A stretch of DNA of 64,000 bases from the NCBI RefSeq assembly GCF_009914755.1, contig NC_060934.1; one strand, written 5' to 3'. The position numbers and the translations under genes were made by a program. Below, piece after piece: positions 1 through 18,145 of the stretch; positions within the stretch are counted from its first letter, which is position 1; each line of letters opens with the position of its first letter. This DNA is from the human T2T-CHM13v2.0 reference genome, Homo sapiens. The notes under the pieces are model-generated. The model worked only from the letters and a program-made list of their open reading frames with translations, did no database searches and had not been told where the DNA came from.

Positions 1-25
1 TTACTTAAAAATATCTGCAATGTAG

Positions 26-369
<344 letters not shown>

Positions 370-1026
370 TTATTCCATGGCACTTTAGTCTGAAAAAAAA
401 TTAAAGAACAAAAACCGAAGAGTTTATTCTGAAGCAAATTATATTAAAGGGATAATACTGGTTCTAAGAGATTTCAAAACCCCTAATGACAATTACTATG
501 CAACATTATTTCATACTTGAAAAGAAATCGGAAAATATATCTCAGAATAACATAACCCAAAACTTTAATTCTCTTAACAAGTTCTGACATTTTGGTCATC
601 CAAAGAACAAACATCCAGTCCATTGAGATACATAATAATCACACTAAGGATTTCTAACATATAAGCAGTAGCAAGGTGATGACTACCTTATGAAAACAAA
701 AATGAACAGTCCTTTTCCTCACTTTCACGTGTGGATTTGCCTGTGACTTTGCGCCGAGTCCATTAAAAGTGATTTCATTCTATGATGGTTCCCTGAGTCT
801 GCTTTCCAGTTCCTCTCCAGTACTGCTGGAACCAACTAAAACTTTAAAGCTTCACTGATACTCCTTACCCTCCCCTTAATTCCATGATCAAATGCATTAA
901 CAGCACTAACTTACCTAACTAATGAGTGTGTACTTAAGTTACTATTCAGTGAGAATAGTCCTCAAGAAAAGTTTAGATTTGGGGTTTTGTTTGTTCGTTT
1001 TATAGCTCCATAAGCCTTTTACTCCC

Positions 1027-1192
1027 ATTTTTTTATTATTATTATACTTTAAGTTCTGGGATACATGTGCAAAACGTGCAGGTTTGTTACATAGGTATAC
1101 ACGTGCCATGGTGGTTTGCTGCACCCATCAACCTGTCATCTACGTTAGGTATTTCTCCTAATGTTATCCCTCCCCTGGCCCTCCAACCCCCA
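1027..1192 (-). mobile_element. L1PA-type LINE-1 3' end fragment
   Basis: ttattatactttaagttctgggatacatgtgca...gtgccatggtggtttgctgcacccatcaac is the reverse complement of the primate L1 3'UTR and tail. Confidence 0.9.
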
Positions 1193-1759
1193 GATTTTTT
1201 CTTTTGTTTTGTTTTGTTTTTAATGATGTCTTACACCGAGCACTTGGTTAGCAGGACAGAATGCCAATTAATACAGTATGACTTCTGTTATATATAAAAC
1301 TGACATATGTAGCCATATATCCTTTCTTTGACATCTAAGTAATACACATTTACTGAACTGACTAAATCCACAGCATGCAGTAAGACAATATACAGACAAA
1401 GCAGAGAAATAACTCATTATAGTGCCTGAACATTTAAAAACCTAAGGATCGGCCAGGCACAGCGGCTAACGCCTGTAATCCTAGCACTTTGGGAGGCCAA
1501 GGAGGGCCGATTGCTTGAGCCAACAAGTCCGAGACCAACCTGGGCAGCATGGTGAAACTCCATCTTTACAAAAAATACAAAAATTGGCCAGGTGCTATGG
1601 CTCACACCTGTAATCCCAACACTTTGGGAGGCTGAGGCGGGTGGACCACAAAGTCAGGAGTTCAAGATCACCCTGACCAACACGGTGAAACTCCATCTCT
1701 GCTAAAAATACAAAAATTAGCCAGGCATGGTGGCATGCACCTGTAATCCCAGCTACTCA

Positions 1760-1927
<168 letters not shown>

Positions 1928-2437
1928 TCAGGAGGTTGAGGTGGGAGGATCACCTGAACCCAGGAGGTCGAGGCTGCAGTAAGCCGTGACCGTGCCACTG
2001 TGCTGCAGCCTGGGTGACAGAGTGAGACCCTGCCTCAAAAAATAAATGAATAAATAAATAAACCCAAGGATCCTTTAGAAATTCTAATGAAATTAAACAT
2101 GTTTAAATGTAGGTACTAAAAATGTCAGGGTATTTTTTGTAACTTTATGCAACTCACAGGAAAAGGTTTTCAGTTTAATTGTTTTTGAAAACCCACTTGA
2201 GGGAACTAAATATTACACAACACATCTGACCAACAAGTATCTCTGCTTTACATCAATGTTATCAAAAAATATGACCAAAATTTCTCATGTGAATTCCATG
2301 GGAATGTATCACTGAAAATATAACCAAAATCAAGCTGAAAATATGATTTCATCACATATTTTAATTATTGCCTTTTTAGAAATACATCAATTACATAAAG
2401 CTGAATTTAAGCCATTCTTTTGAGAATGTCATAAAGT

Positions 2438-2768
2438 AGAGGTCAGCAAACTTTTTCTGTAAAGGGCCATACAATACATATTTCAGTCTCTGCAGACCAT
2501 TTGGTCTTTGCTGAAACTACTCAACTCTGCTAACATAACACAAAAGCTGCCACAGACAATATGTAAACAAATGAGGGTGACTGTAATAAAATGTTATTTA
2601 TGAACACTGAAATTTGAACTTCAAATCATTTTCATGCTTCCCAAAACATTCTACTTTTGACTATTTTTCAACCATTTAAAAAAGTAAAAACCATTCTTAG
2701 GTGACAGGCTGTAGAAAAACTAGTCATAGGCTTAATCTGGCCCACAAGCCATAGTTCGCCAATGCCTG
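2438..2768. mobile_element. MER58B-like hAT-Charlie DNA transposon
   Basis: Starts aggtcagcaaactttttctgtaaagggcca, contains aactactcaactctgc, ends ccatagttcgccaatgcctg; about 330 bp. Confidence 0.75.
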
Positions 2769-3500
2769 TCACACTACTACATGTCTTATAAATTAGTACA
2801 TTCTCTCCTGCAATATCATTGCACACTAGAGAGGTACTTGTCCCCTTTTACAGATATAAACGGTAAGTAATGAGAACAAAATCTATGCCAACTCTTATGC
2901 TTTGTTATAAAAATAAAAAAAAATTGCCTTCCTTTCGGCAACATACGTGAGACATCACTGTCCAGAAGAATCTCTAAAGTACGTCAGTCCTTGATTTTAT
3001 GGAGTGTTTTTTTTTGTTTTGTTTTTGAGATGGATTCTCGCTCTGCTGCCCAGGCTGGAGTGTAGTGGTGCAATCTGAGCTCACTGCAACCTCCGCCTCC
3101 TAGGTTCAAGCAATTCTCCCTGCCTCAGCCTCCCACATAGCTGGGATTACAGGAGCCTGCCACCACACCCGGCTAATTTTTGTATTTTTAGTAGAGACGG
3201 GGTTTTGCCACGTTGGCCAGGCTGGCCTCAGGCTCCTGATGTCAGGTGATCTGCCCACCTCAGCCTCCCAAACCGCTGGGATTACAGGCATGAGCCACCA
3301 CGCCCAGTTGAATGTTTTTTATATTACTAATTTAATATTATAAAACCAACCAAAAAAGCCAGTCAATTTTTGAGTCAAGCATTATACATCATAAATAAAA
3401 TTCATTAATGCCTAAAAAATTCTAATATTAAGAGAACTTTTTTCTTCTTTTCCATTTTTTCATTTTTATTGACTTTTTTATATTTCCTTCATTTTATTAA

Positions 3501-3911
<411 letters not shown>

Positions 3912-3914
3912 TAA

Positions 3915-4150
3915 CTAACATTTACTAAATACTTACAATGTGCCAGACACTGTTATTAAGTGCTTTTACACATATGAATTCACTATATGATTCACATTTA
4001 CCTCAGAGTTACAGAACTATTGTTATGCCCATTTTACAGATGGGAAAACTGAAGCACAGAGATGCCAGGTAACTTGCCCAAGATTGCAGAATGTGCAAAC
4101 GACAGTGCTCTAGCTCCAGAGTCCACGCTCTGAAATATTGGACTATGCTG
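3915..4150 (-). mobile_element. MIR SINE
   Basis: MIR core cccattttacagatgggaaaactgaagcacagaga...taacttgcccaag. Confidence 0.85.
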
Positions 4151-4528
4151 CCTTTCAAATTATAATTATCCACTTTGTATGTTATAGTGAAGTTAAAATG
4201 TCTCTCAAACACGTCCATGAAGGCAAGCCTTCACCACAGAACTGCTTATTTTATTTCCTCTTTTGGGTCCCTCTCTCGTTTGGATTTGACTTGGTAAATA
4301 TTGAGCGGCTAACATGTATACTATACACTTCAAAAACAAGTGCTAAATGTAAATATGGGTGGATATTACATAATTGTGAAAAGTACAGTATGAAGAAGAA
4401 GAAAAGAACCTGACTCTATCACTCACTTTCCATGTTATATTGGGCAAGCCCTTTAATCCCTTTGTTTTACCATCTTCAAAATATAGGCATTTATATAATA
4501 TAGGTACTGTTAGGATCAATTAAGATCA

Positions 4529-4708
<180 letters not shown>

Positions 4709-5213
4709 TCAGCGACTTGGGAGGCTGAGGTGGGAGATAGCGAGGCTGCAGTGAGCTATGACTGCACCATGACACTCCAGCCTGGGTGACAGGGAAAGAC
4801 CCTGTCTCAAAAAAAAGGATCATATGTGTGATTTATTATGTTAATGTAAAATGATATTTTCATGAGAAAAAAAGTGCCAAAGCCTAACATAGGAAAGGCA
4901 AGAATTTCAATGCCAAATTCTATTAATCATTAGCCAAATTAAAAAGGAAAATAGTCTTGACAAACATACAGAACATTCATTTTAACTTTGCCCTTGTGCA
5001 GTCATACAAAATTATATATAACACATGGACAAAATCTTTAAAAGAATGATCATGAAGAAGACCCCAGAAAAACTGCTGGGTTTTATATCTCCTCCAGCAT
5101 TCTGTCCAATTTTAATAAAAATTGGCCTCAGAATTATCTTAGATTTTCTTGGCTGGATGCAGTGGATCACGTCTGTAATCCCAGCACTTTGGGAGGGCAA
5201 GGCGGGCGGATCA

Positions 5214-5712
<499 letters not shown>

Positions 5713-6735
5713 TTATCTTAGATTTTCTTTTGGTTTCATTTTAGAATTATTTATGGATATCTCATAATCTTGTAAAAAGACTCTAGAACATAGCAAAGCA
5801 AAACTGTACCCATTAAAATGGGTACTACTACTACAGCAAAGTCATTTAAACACAATTAGAATATCTAGGACATAATTTTAGAGCTCTTAGAACATTACAG
5901 CTATAACACTAAATCTAAAGTACAGAGAAGTAACATCTTAATTGTGCTTAAATACTACCAATTAATTAATTGGTATTAACTACCAATTAAACAACCTACC
6001 TGTGAAGCAAGGTACAACTCACCTGGAAGGAAAGTGAAAGTAAAAGCAGTACCATTTCATTATTGGCTGATGTGTTTTTAAGTTTCAATATCAGTCAATA
6101 ATGCCTCAAGAATTAGCATTCATAAAAGAAACCTCTGACTTTTTTTTTAGCAATGGGCAGACGAAAAAGTCTGCATTCTACTTAAATTTTTTTTCCTGAA
6201 CTTTGTCAACTCACTGCTGTTAGACTAAGCCTGCAATCATGAGGGTACTAAGTCAGGGGTGCTGAAGAGAAACTTGTTACCACTTCCACCAATTAGGGAG
6301 AAAAAAAGGAATAAAGATATTTTGAGATTACTCAAACAAGAATTCTAGCCTACTACCTGAATTCATGATTTCACTATACTGAAAGAAACAAATTCTGTAA
6401 CATAATTGAGTTATAGCCATGAAAATGAAATCATTTCTTCATCCAATTAAATGCCCAAAATATACTAATAGGACCTCTATAATATTTCAAAGTACAAAGC
6501 ATTTCAAAGCATATAAAGAGCACTTAACATTATAAAAGGCAAAACTCACTGAGAAAGTAAGGCTATTAATTCCAAATAGGCAAATACTACTGGATGACAT
6601 TTTTAAATTTATAATAATTATAACTCACCAGGTCAATCACTTAACCAAAATGTATAACAAAAAATAATATTCGGCTGGGCATGGTGGATCACACCTGTAA
6701 TCCTAGCACTTTGGGAGGCCGAGGCGGGAAGATCA

Positions 6736-6966
<231 letters not shown>

Positions 6967-7670
6967 CTAAAAAAAAAAAAAAGATATTGGCCAAGCACAG
7001 AGGCTCATGCCTGTAATCCCAGCACTGTGGGAGGCTCAGGCAGGCAGGTGGCTTGAGCTCAGGAGTTTGGGACCATCCTGGGCAACATGGAGAAATCCTG
7101 TCTCCACCAAAAATACAAAAAATTAGACAAGTGTGGTGGCACGTGCCTATGGTCCCAGCTACTCAGGAGGTTGATGGAGGACTGCTTGAGCTGGGAGGTG
7201 GAGGCTGCAGTGAGCACTTCAGCCTGCCACTGCACTCCAGCCTGGGTGACAGAGTGAGACCTTGTCTCAAAAAAACAAAATAAAATAATAAAAGATATTG
7301 AATAAAATGCTTAAAGAAATTTAACTAGGTAGGAATCTTAAATATCAGCTAGCTTAGTTTTCTTGCTTTATCACACCTCAGGGAAACCTTACTGGAAGAA
7401 CTATTGCCCATTATTTAGTCCTATGATGTAGAAAAACCTCAAAACACCTACTAGATGAGAGGTGCAGTGGCTCACACTTGTAAACCCAGAAGTTTGGGAG
7501 GCCATGGCAGGAGGATTGCTTGAACCCAGGAGTTCGAGGCCAGCCTGGACAACAGTGTGAGACCATATCTCTATGTTTACAAAAATTCTTTTAAAGTTTG
7601 GGATGGGGGGTGGGCACAGTGGCTGACGCCTATAATCCCAGCACTTTGGGAGACCAAGGCAGGCAGATCA

Positions 7671-7895
<225 letters not shown>

Positions 7896-7914
7896 TTAAT
7901 TAATTTATTTATTA

Positions 7915-8166
<252 letters not shown>

Positions 8167-8210
8167 TCACACGACTGCACTCTAGCCCAGGTAAGAGGGA
8201 GACCCTGTTA

Positions 8211-8242
<32 letters not shown>

Positions 8243-8832
8243 ACAGCTACTGGATAATGACTGGGAGGGACAAAATGATCATTTTAGCAGAACACCATAA
8301 TGTACCCTTGCAGAAGGTAGGAAACTATCATTAGGCCAATAGGGATTGTGCACTAATCCATTCCTCATGTCTTTTGCTCAGTCACGTATCTGCATCTTCT
8401 CTATAGTGGCTGCTCAAGTTGAAGCTATCCTAAGGCATGAGTGATTTATTAAGCCATATGCCAATTATTTTCTACATGGTGATTAAGATTCTCACATCCT
8501 CAAATCATTACATCTAAATGAGCAAAGTCTCCCATCATAAAAAGGCTATGATGGCCAGGCACGGTGGCTGACGCCTGTAATCCCAGCACTCTGGGAGGCC
8601 GAGGTGTGCAGATCACCTGAGGTCAGGAGTTTGAGACCGGCATGGCCAACATGGTGAAACCCCATCTCTACTAAAAATACAAAAATTAGCTGGGTGTAGC
8701 AGCGCAGGCCTGTAATCCTAGCTACTTGGGAAGCTGAGGTAGGAGAATTGCTTTAACCCGGGAGGCAAAGGTTGCAGTGAGCCAAGACCATGACACTGCA
8801 TTCCAGCCTGGGAGACAGTAAGACTCCATCTC

Positions 8833-8863
<31 letters not shown>

Positions 8864-8869
8864 ATAGGC

Positions 8870-9790
8870 TGTGACAATACTAAGGTCAGTTTACACTATG
8901 TAAGTAAACTTCTCAAATAACTGTGGATTAATAGTTCTGTAACAAATGGATAAAAGTTTCTAAGGAAAAGCCACAAAGCTGTATTCTTAACCACATCCTT
9001 TTCAAATTTTTATCAATGACTTGAATAATAAAATAGAAGAGCTGCTTATCAAAGCTGAATGTGACCAGAAGATAAGCACTATTCAGTTTTTGTTTCGAGA
9101 CAGGGTCTCTCTCTGTCGCCCAGGCTAGAGTGCAGTGGTGCGATCATGGCTTACTGCAGTCTCGACTTTCCAGGCTCAACTGATCCTCCCACCTCAGCCC
9201 CCAAGTAGCTGAGACTACAAGCGCATGCCACCACACCCAGCTAATTTTTATATTTTTTGTAGCAATGGGGTTTCAGCATGTTGCCCAGGCTAGTCTCAAA
9301 CTCCTGGGCTCAAGCGATCCTTCTGCCTCAGCCTCCCAAAGTGCTGACATTACAGGCGTGAGCCACCGCACCCTGCCAGTACTATTAATAATACACATGT
9401 AATCAATATCCAAAGCTTTCATAAAGCTAAAATAATATACAAAAAGCATCTAAATAAAGTTTAACAGAGATATGCAAGTACACATTTAGGCTTTAAAAAT
9501 TGTATTTCACTAGTTTAAGGTGAAGAAGAAGTGGCTTGTCAGCAGTTCATATGAGAAATAAAGCTTTAGTGCAAATAAGTTTAACAAAAACCAAAAGAAC
9601 AACAAGGTAGCTATAAAAACTAAGGCAATTTTAGGTCACAGATAGAAAAGAATGCATCCAAAACAAGTATCCTAAGAGTAGTGAAGTGTCTGGAAATCAT
9701 GGAGCAAACTGAAAGAACTGGAGGTATTTAACATGGAGACGAGAAAAGGGAAACATCACGGCAGTCTGAATATCTGAGATACTGTCATGG
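8870..9790 (+). mobile_element. Degenerate L3/CR1 LINE fragment interrupted by an antisense Alu (~9086-9377)
   Basis: ttcaaatttttatcaatgacttgaataataaaatagaagagctgcttatcaaa resembles the CR1 RT region, with later CR1-like segments such as gaaagaactggaggtatttaacatggag. Confidence 0.55.
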
Positions 9791-9953
9791 GAATAAAAGT
9801 GGACACATATGTCCTCTACTGGTATTTCTCAAACCATCTGTGGTAAAGGGCCACCTTTCCTTCCCCAACCACTGGACACTTCTGTAAAAATATAGTAAGA
9901 ATACCATGACCACTGAAAATTCCTATAAACTTTTTTTTTTTTTTTTTTTTTAG

Positions 9954-10064
<111 letters not shown>

Positions 10065-12028
10065 TAGCTGGGATTACCGGGGCCTGCCACCATGCCCGGC
10101 TAATTTTTGCATTTTTAGTAGAGACGGGGTTTCACCATGTTGGCCAGGCTGGTCTCAAACTCCTGACCTCAGATGATCCACCCACCTTGGCCTCCCAAAG
10201 TGCTGGGATTACAGGTGTGAGCCACCATTTCCAGCCTGAAAATTCCTATAATAATTTCTAAATGCTCACTCTCACTTTCTGTGTTTCATTAAATTGTGAA
10301 CAGGTTACAAGTTCATAGATTTCCTACTTCAAGTACCTGTATTCCATCCATACCAGAAAAAAGAACCAAATCAAAGGGAATCATTTTGTGGGAAGTTAAA
10401 TTTCCACCTGATGTAACAAAGAATTCCTAGCCCATAGTGTTTCCAACAGTGCAATGGCACCGAGAGAACTGAGCTCCTTTGGGAAGTATTCAGAGGAAAA
10501 ATAATTTTATCTGTTAGATAATCTAAAAAATGTATTCCTACTTTGGAAAGGTGAATGGATTGGATTAAAACATCGTAGAATCTCTCCACTCTCCAAGATT
10601 CTGAGTCCAATCAAAAGCAAATACACACACATACACCCTCAAAGTAGCCAAGAACTAATCAATCATTAGCATACTATTAGCATACTCACAAATCAGTTAT
10701 GATGTATTAGGTAGGATGTACGAGCAAAGGACTATGAAATTGACAAAGCATATGGAAATCATAATTAAGCCCTAAGTAAGTGAGAAGTATGAATAAAGCA
10801 CCACCATAATCCTTTTTAGTCCATTACTGATGGTACAAGTACACTCCCAGGTTGCCTCTTCAAAGTTTAAACCAGTCCTCGCAAATCAAAACACAAAACA
10901 AGGATAAGCCTTTTCCTTTTTCCTAAAAGAACTATTGATAACACCTTTGCCGTCTTAAATTCTCACCTCTGAGTGACCTTCAGCCACAAAGATTTAACCA
11001 CAGTCTCTACCTTGACCCTGCCCTAACTGTACTACTGGCATACACTACTCCTGTTCAATCTTCTGGTCAATCATCTTCTAGTGGTAACTACTTAAACCAC
11101 TCCTCCCCTACCACAGACTTATGAAACTAGAAAAGGATCTCCTCCTATACAAATTTCTGATCAACAGTAATTTCAGATTCTCAACCATGCAATATAAATA
11201 GTTGTAGAAATATTAAAATAGTTTAATACTCAGCCACGTGCTATGGCTATTACCTCTTTGCTACACTCCCTCAGCCCCCCTCCAAATCCATCCTCCATAG
11301 AAATTGACCTAATGCCTAGCAACTCCATCAACTTCTAGCTTCTTGTTGCTCCTCAGGTACAAATACTACACAGTAGTCTACCATACCTTTTAACAACCAA
11401 AATTGGCCCCAAAGTCAGGTCTTTTCACCAATTACCACAGGCACAGTACATTCCTCCTTTAGAATTTTAAATGAATGCCCCCAGGAAGAAGACTCCTACA
11501 AATGAGTTTTGTAGTTGCATTTAAGAAATTTTTTCACAGCTAATTTTGTGCATTATTTCCCAAAACTCTAATCTGAAATACCACTGGTAATTAATGACTC
11601 ATTTTCTTAAGAAGAGCAACAGTGACATAAAGAACTTAAAATACAAAACAATGAAAGCAAACCTGTTATAGAGAGAACGTTAAAGCACACAGAAAAATAT
11701 TAGCAGGTAAGTTTAAGTGACAGAAAAGGAAATTTTACCCCTTGATTATTAAGGAGTATTTAAAATCACAGGAAGAATACACATCCACAAAGCAAAAATC
11801 ACCATCTACTTGGCAGATTTTTTTAAAATCAGAAACAAAATCTATTGTAGACTCACATTAAAACATGAGTACTCAGACTGTTCTACTTTGAAATTTTCCT
11901 GGAATGTTAAGAAATCACCTGTAAGGAGCCCTTTTCCATAAGTTCTTTCAGTGGCATGAAGACTTTAAACATTTTTAAGTATGAGCTCCAAAATAAATTC
12001 TCAACTCTGAGAAACATTTGAAAATCAC

Positions 12029-12808
12029 CTGTTTTGTCTCTCAGTATTCTGGAGCTCCCTGTGGTCCCTTTTCAGGTGTTTGGTCAAAGACGTAAAGTAC
12101 TCTTTTAAAAGATTCTGGAAGGGCTGTTGTTTCTCTGGACTAATTATCTCACTAGGAGGAAAACTCAAATTAAACTTCTCTGCAGCACTCTTTACTTTCC
12201 TTGGTACAAGTCCAGCAATATCATCTCCACAATGTCGACAGAAACTAATCACTACAGAGACATGAGTGTGGGACTCCCGATCAGCATTAATAATATTTTT
12301 TAGCTGTTCATAGATTAAGGAAAGACCTTCCTTGTCAGTGAAAATCCCAACTATTGTCAATTCTGCAATAAAACGCAAATCAGTTCTTAACTTGGTGATG
12401 TTAGGTGTTTTCTCCTCTTTCCTTGCTTCAAAATGTTTTTTCCAGACCTGAAGAAGTGATGGGGCAAAGTCAGCATAACGCTGGTGAAAGAGAGAGCAGA
12501 GGTGCACAGCACAGTTCACATCAGAGATTTTTAGTTTTGCTTCCACGATGGAAGCTACAGCTTCTGCAATGTATTTGCTTAAATTTAGGCCATTAAAATC
12601 ATGGGACAAGGAGTCTCTCTGTTGTTCTGTAATAGTTTTTAGTTTCTTGACAAAAGCAGTATTTTTCTTCAAACTTGAGTCGAGGCGGCTGAAGAAGTTT
12701 TCCTCTGGTCGGCTGTCCGGAGCATTTTGGTTTTTGCTACGAAGTTCCTTTCTTAAATGATGTCGTTCCCAAGCTTCCTGATGAAGCTGAATGGATTCTT
12801 CTTTTTCT
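12029..12808 (-). CDS. UPF2: UPF2 coding exon 3 (780 nt, phase 2-2), covering most of MIF4G domain 1
   Basis: Reads EKEESIQLHQEAWERHHLRKELRSKNQ...LDSSLKKNTAFVKKLK...RELQNTERQN. Acceptor ttttatatAG at 12810-12809; donor CAG|GTGATT after 12029. The exon 2/3 junction AA|A restores K122 in frame. Confidence 0.97.
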
Positions 12809-13948
12809 CTATATAAAAACAAACAAATAAATAAAATACTCTCTACATTTTGAAGCATTATACACAAATCCCCTAAGAGTAAAAAGCCAATGAAAAAAAT
12901 TATCTAAGTATAACAATCTACAAGATTCAAAAGGCCTTTCACTACTTTTAAAGACATTTTACTGGCCAGGCATGGTGGCTCATGCCTGTAATCCCAGCAC
13001 TTTGGGAGGCCAAAGCAGACAGATCACCTGAGGTCAGGAGTTCAAGGCCAGCGTGGCCAATATGGTGAAACCCCACCTCTACTAAAAATACAAAAATTAG
13101 CTGGGCGTGATGGCGCTCACCTGTAGTCCCAGCTATTCAGGAGGCTGAGGCACAACACTTAAACCCAAGAGGCAGAGGTTGCAATGAGCCAAGAACGTGA
13201 CACTGCACTCTAGTCTGGGCGACAGAGCAAGACTCCGTCTCAAAAAAAAAAAAACAAAAAAAAAACACATAAAGACATTTTACTAACGACTAACGATAAC
13301 AAGTATTATCTTAATGAGAAGCCCAGTACTGGAGGTCGATAACAAATGTCATAGAGCAGAGGATACTGACACTAGATTAAAATTAAAAATCATTCTGCCA
13401 ACTGGCAAGCTAACTAGGTAAGACATATAATGCTACTGTGAAAAATATAGTATGTTTGGGAAGGATGTAAAATGTGAAACAAATAAAAGCAATGGGCAAA
13501 GAGAAAAAAAAACAATTATACACAAAGAATTATTTAAAGAATTAGCACTACAAGACCAGATGTGGTGGCTCCCAGCACTTTGGGAGGCGGGTGGATCACC
13601 TAAGGTCAGGGGTTCGAGACCAGCTTGGCCAACATGGTGAAACCCCGTCTCTACTAAAAATACAAAAATCAGCCAGTCGTGGTGGTGGGCACCTGTAATC
13701 TCAGCTACTTGGGAGGCTGAGGCAGGAGAATTGCTTAAACCTGGGAGTCGGAGACTGATGCTGCAGTAAGCCAAGATCTCCCAACTGCACTCCAACCTGG
13801 GCAACAGAGCGAGACTCTGCCTCAAAAAATAATAATAATAATAATAATAATTAGCACTATAAAAGAATGCATTAAAAATGTTTTGAGGCCTGGGCAGTGG
13901 CTCACGCCTGTAATCCCAGCACTTTGGGAGGCCGAGGCAGGCAGATCA

Positions 13949-14236
<288 letters not shown>

Positions 14237-14906
14237 TCACGAGGTTAGGAGATCGAGACCATCTTGGCTAACACAGTGAAACCCCGTCTCTACTAAAAAT
14301 ACAAAAAATTAGCCGGGCGCAGTGGCAGGCACCTGTAATCTCAGCTACTCAGGAGGCTGAGGCAGGAGAATGGCATGAACCCGGGAGGCGGAGCTTGCAG
14401 TGAGCCGATATAGTGCCACTGCAGTCCGGCCTGGGCGAAAGAGCAAGACTCCGTCTCAAAAAAAAAAAAAAAAAAAAAACAGTTTTGCAATGTTAGATAT
14501 TGTTTTTCCATCCTCAGCACATTAGCCAAACCTTTAACAAAGTACCTTGCTATGTTTGGGCTCTTAAAAATTCAAGTGATTTAGAAAATTTGGAAAGGAA
14601 CCAGAAGACAACTATCAAATAAGAAACTTAATAAAAACCTAGTAGACTCAGTTTATACTGAAAAGAATAACCAAAAACAAATATACCTATTTTTCCACTA
14701 AAAAGACAGAACAAGTTTAAATTGCAGAAGTAATAAAATAGGCACGAGTGAGGGGCAACAATCTGATTTTGAAGTTTATTGAAGTTTTTGAGATAACAAA
14801 ACACATAACTTAAATCTCCACTTTGTGAAGCTGAGGTGGGAAGAGCCCAGGAGTTAAGACCAGACTGGGCAACATAGTAAGACCCAATCTCTACAAAAAA
14901 ATTTTA

Positions 14907-15056
<150 letters not shown>

Positions 15057-15198
15057 TCAAAAAGTTATACGCATATCTATAAATCTCTAAAAAAGTACAT
15101 TTTCATCTTTCTGAGATAATCACCCCTGAGTTATAAGATAATTATTTGATTTTTCCATTAAAAGCTACAATATATTAACAGAAAGGTGGCCTCTATCA

Positions 15199-15626
<428 letters not shown>

Positions 15627-16653
15627 TTAAATAACTCAATTTTCAGCTGCATTGAAAACACTTATATATCGAAGTTTTTATGGGTAAATGCTATGATGCT
15701 CTACAATACTCCAGGGGGAAAAAGTGGGTAATTATTGATGCTAGGTAGATGGGGGACTAGTTCACTATACTATTCTATTTTTGCATATATCTGAAATTTT
15801 CCCAGGAGCTCAGGAGTTCAAGACCAGCCTGGGCAACACAGCAAAACCCCGTCTCTACAAAAAATACAAAAATTAGCCAAGTATGGTGGTATGCATCTGT
15901 AGTCCCAGCTACTCAAGAGGCAGAGGCGGGAGGATCACTTGAGCCCAGAAGGCAGAGATCGCAGTGAGCCAAGACCAGGCCACTGCACTCCAGCCTGGGT
16001 GACAGAGCAAGACCCTGTCTCAAAAAAAAAAAAAAAAGACTCTCTTAAGAATCATGGTTCTGAATATTCCAAAACTAGGCACTACTATAGCTTTGCAGAC
16101 CTAAGGCTTCTGTTCCTTATTAAAAGAGGTCCTGGCCAGGGGTGGTGGCACGAGCCTGTAATGACAGCTACTCAGGAGGCAGGAGGAATCACTTGAGCAC
16201 AGGAGTTGGAGACTGCAGTACGTTATGATGGAACCTGAGAATAGCCACTGCACTCCAGCCTGGGTAACAACAGCAATGCCACCATCACCCCCCCAAAAAT
16301 GGGAAGAAAGTAGAAGTCCTAAAGAACAACTCTGAGAAGAAAGGTGGCTGTTCTAGAGATCTATACAAAATCGTGCTTGCAAAAAGGTTTTTAAATTATA
16401 TATTTGGCCACGCAAAGTAGTGTACATCTGTAGTCCCAGCTACTAGGGAGGCTGTAGTGGGAGGATCGCTTGAGCTCAGCAATTACAGACTAACTTAGAA
16501 AAAAAAGAAAGACACCGTTTCCAAAAACGATTTTTTAGGCCAGGCATGGTGGCTCATGCCTGTAATCTCAACACTTTGGGAGGCTGAGGCAGGAGGACTT
16601 CTTGAGTCCAAGAGTTCAAGACTAGCCTAGGCAACATGGTGAAACTCTATCTA

Positions 16654-16941
<288 letters not shown>

Positions 16942-17304
16942 TTAAATTAAAAAAAAACTTTTTTAGTTAAAAATAAATAAGTTATATATTTATGCTTTCC
17001 CTTATTTTTCTTCATAGAGACAGGGTCTCGCTATATTGACCAGGCTGGTCTTGAACTCCTGAGCTCAACCAATCCTCCTGCCTCAGCCTCCCAAAGGGCT
17101 GGGTTTACAGGCGTGAACCACCATGCCCGGCCTAATAAGTTTTATATTTAGAGAAGAGCTTATGCTATTCAACAGTAGTCACTGCTGATGCATCTCTGGT
17201 GTTTCTCCTGTAAGAACTACATTTTTCACTAGTTTATTATTTACCTGCACAGGTTTACAAGCTTAAAAACAGATTTAAATAAAGATAAGAATGGAAGGCA
17301 TTGT

Positions 17305-17535
17305 GGAATTGTGCTTAATGAATAGTCGAAAGTTTTAAAGTCAGACCAACCTAGCTTTAAATCCCAACAGCTCTACTATTTGCTGTGACCTTAAGCAACT
17401 TACCCTCCTTAAGCTTCATTTTGTTAATCTGTAAAATGAGGATCATAAAACTTACTTCACTGGGATTGTCCTAAGGATAGATGCTAATATATTCTGTACA
17501 ATGCCTGATAGATAAGAACTCAACAAACATCAGCC
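17305..17535 (+). mobile_element. MIR SINE
   Basis: gctgtgaccttaagcaac...cttcattttgttaatctgtaaaatgaggat core. Confidence 0.8.
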
Positions 17536-17926
17536 AACTGAAGGTTTTCAATTTTTTTAAAAAATGGAGTACTATCATACCATGAAAAAAAGTTTTTATT
17601 TTATTATTATTATTATTATTTTTTGAGATGCAGTCTTGCTCTGTTGCCCAGGCAGGAGTGCAGTGGCACAGTCTTGGCTCACTGCAACCTCCACCTGCTA
17701 GGTTCAAGCGATTCTCCTACTTCAGCCTCCTGAGTAACTGGGACTACAGGCATGCGCCACCATGCCTGACTAATTTTGTATGAAAAAAAGTCTTTAAAAA
17801 ATAAACAGCCAGGTGCGGTGGCTCACACCTGTAATCCCAGCACTTTGGGGGAGGCTGAGGCGGGCGGATCACCTGAGGTCAGGAGCTCAAGACCAGCCTG
17901 GCCAACATGGTGAAACGCCATCTCTA

Positions 17927-18145
<219 letters not shown>

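Noticed and set aside
12809-12867. N-terminal MCIMLQNVESILFICLFLY of the 280-aa ORF
   Set aside because: Intronic read-through of the acceptor region; the real exon starts at 12808.
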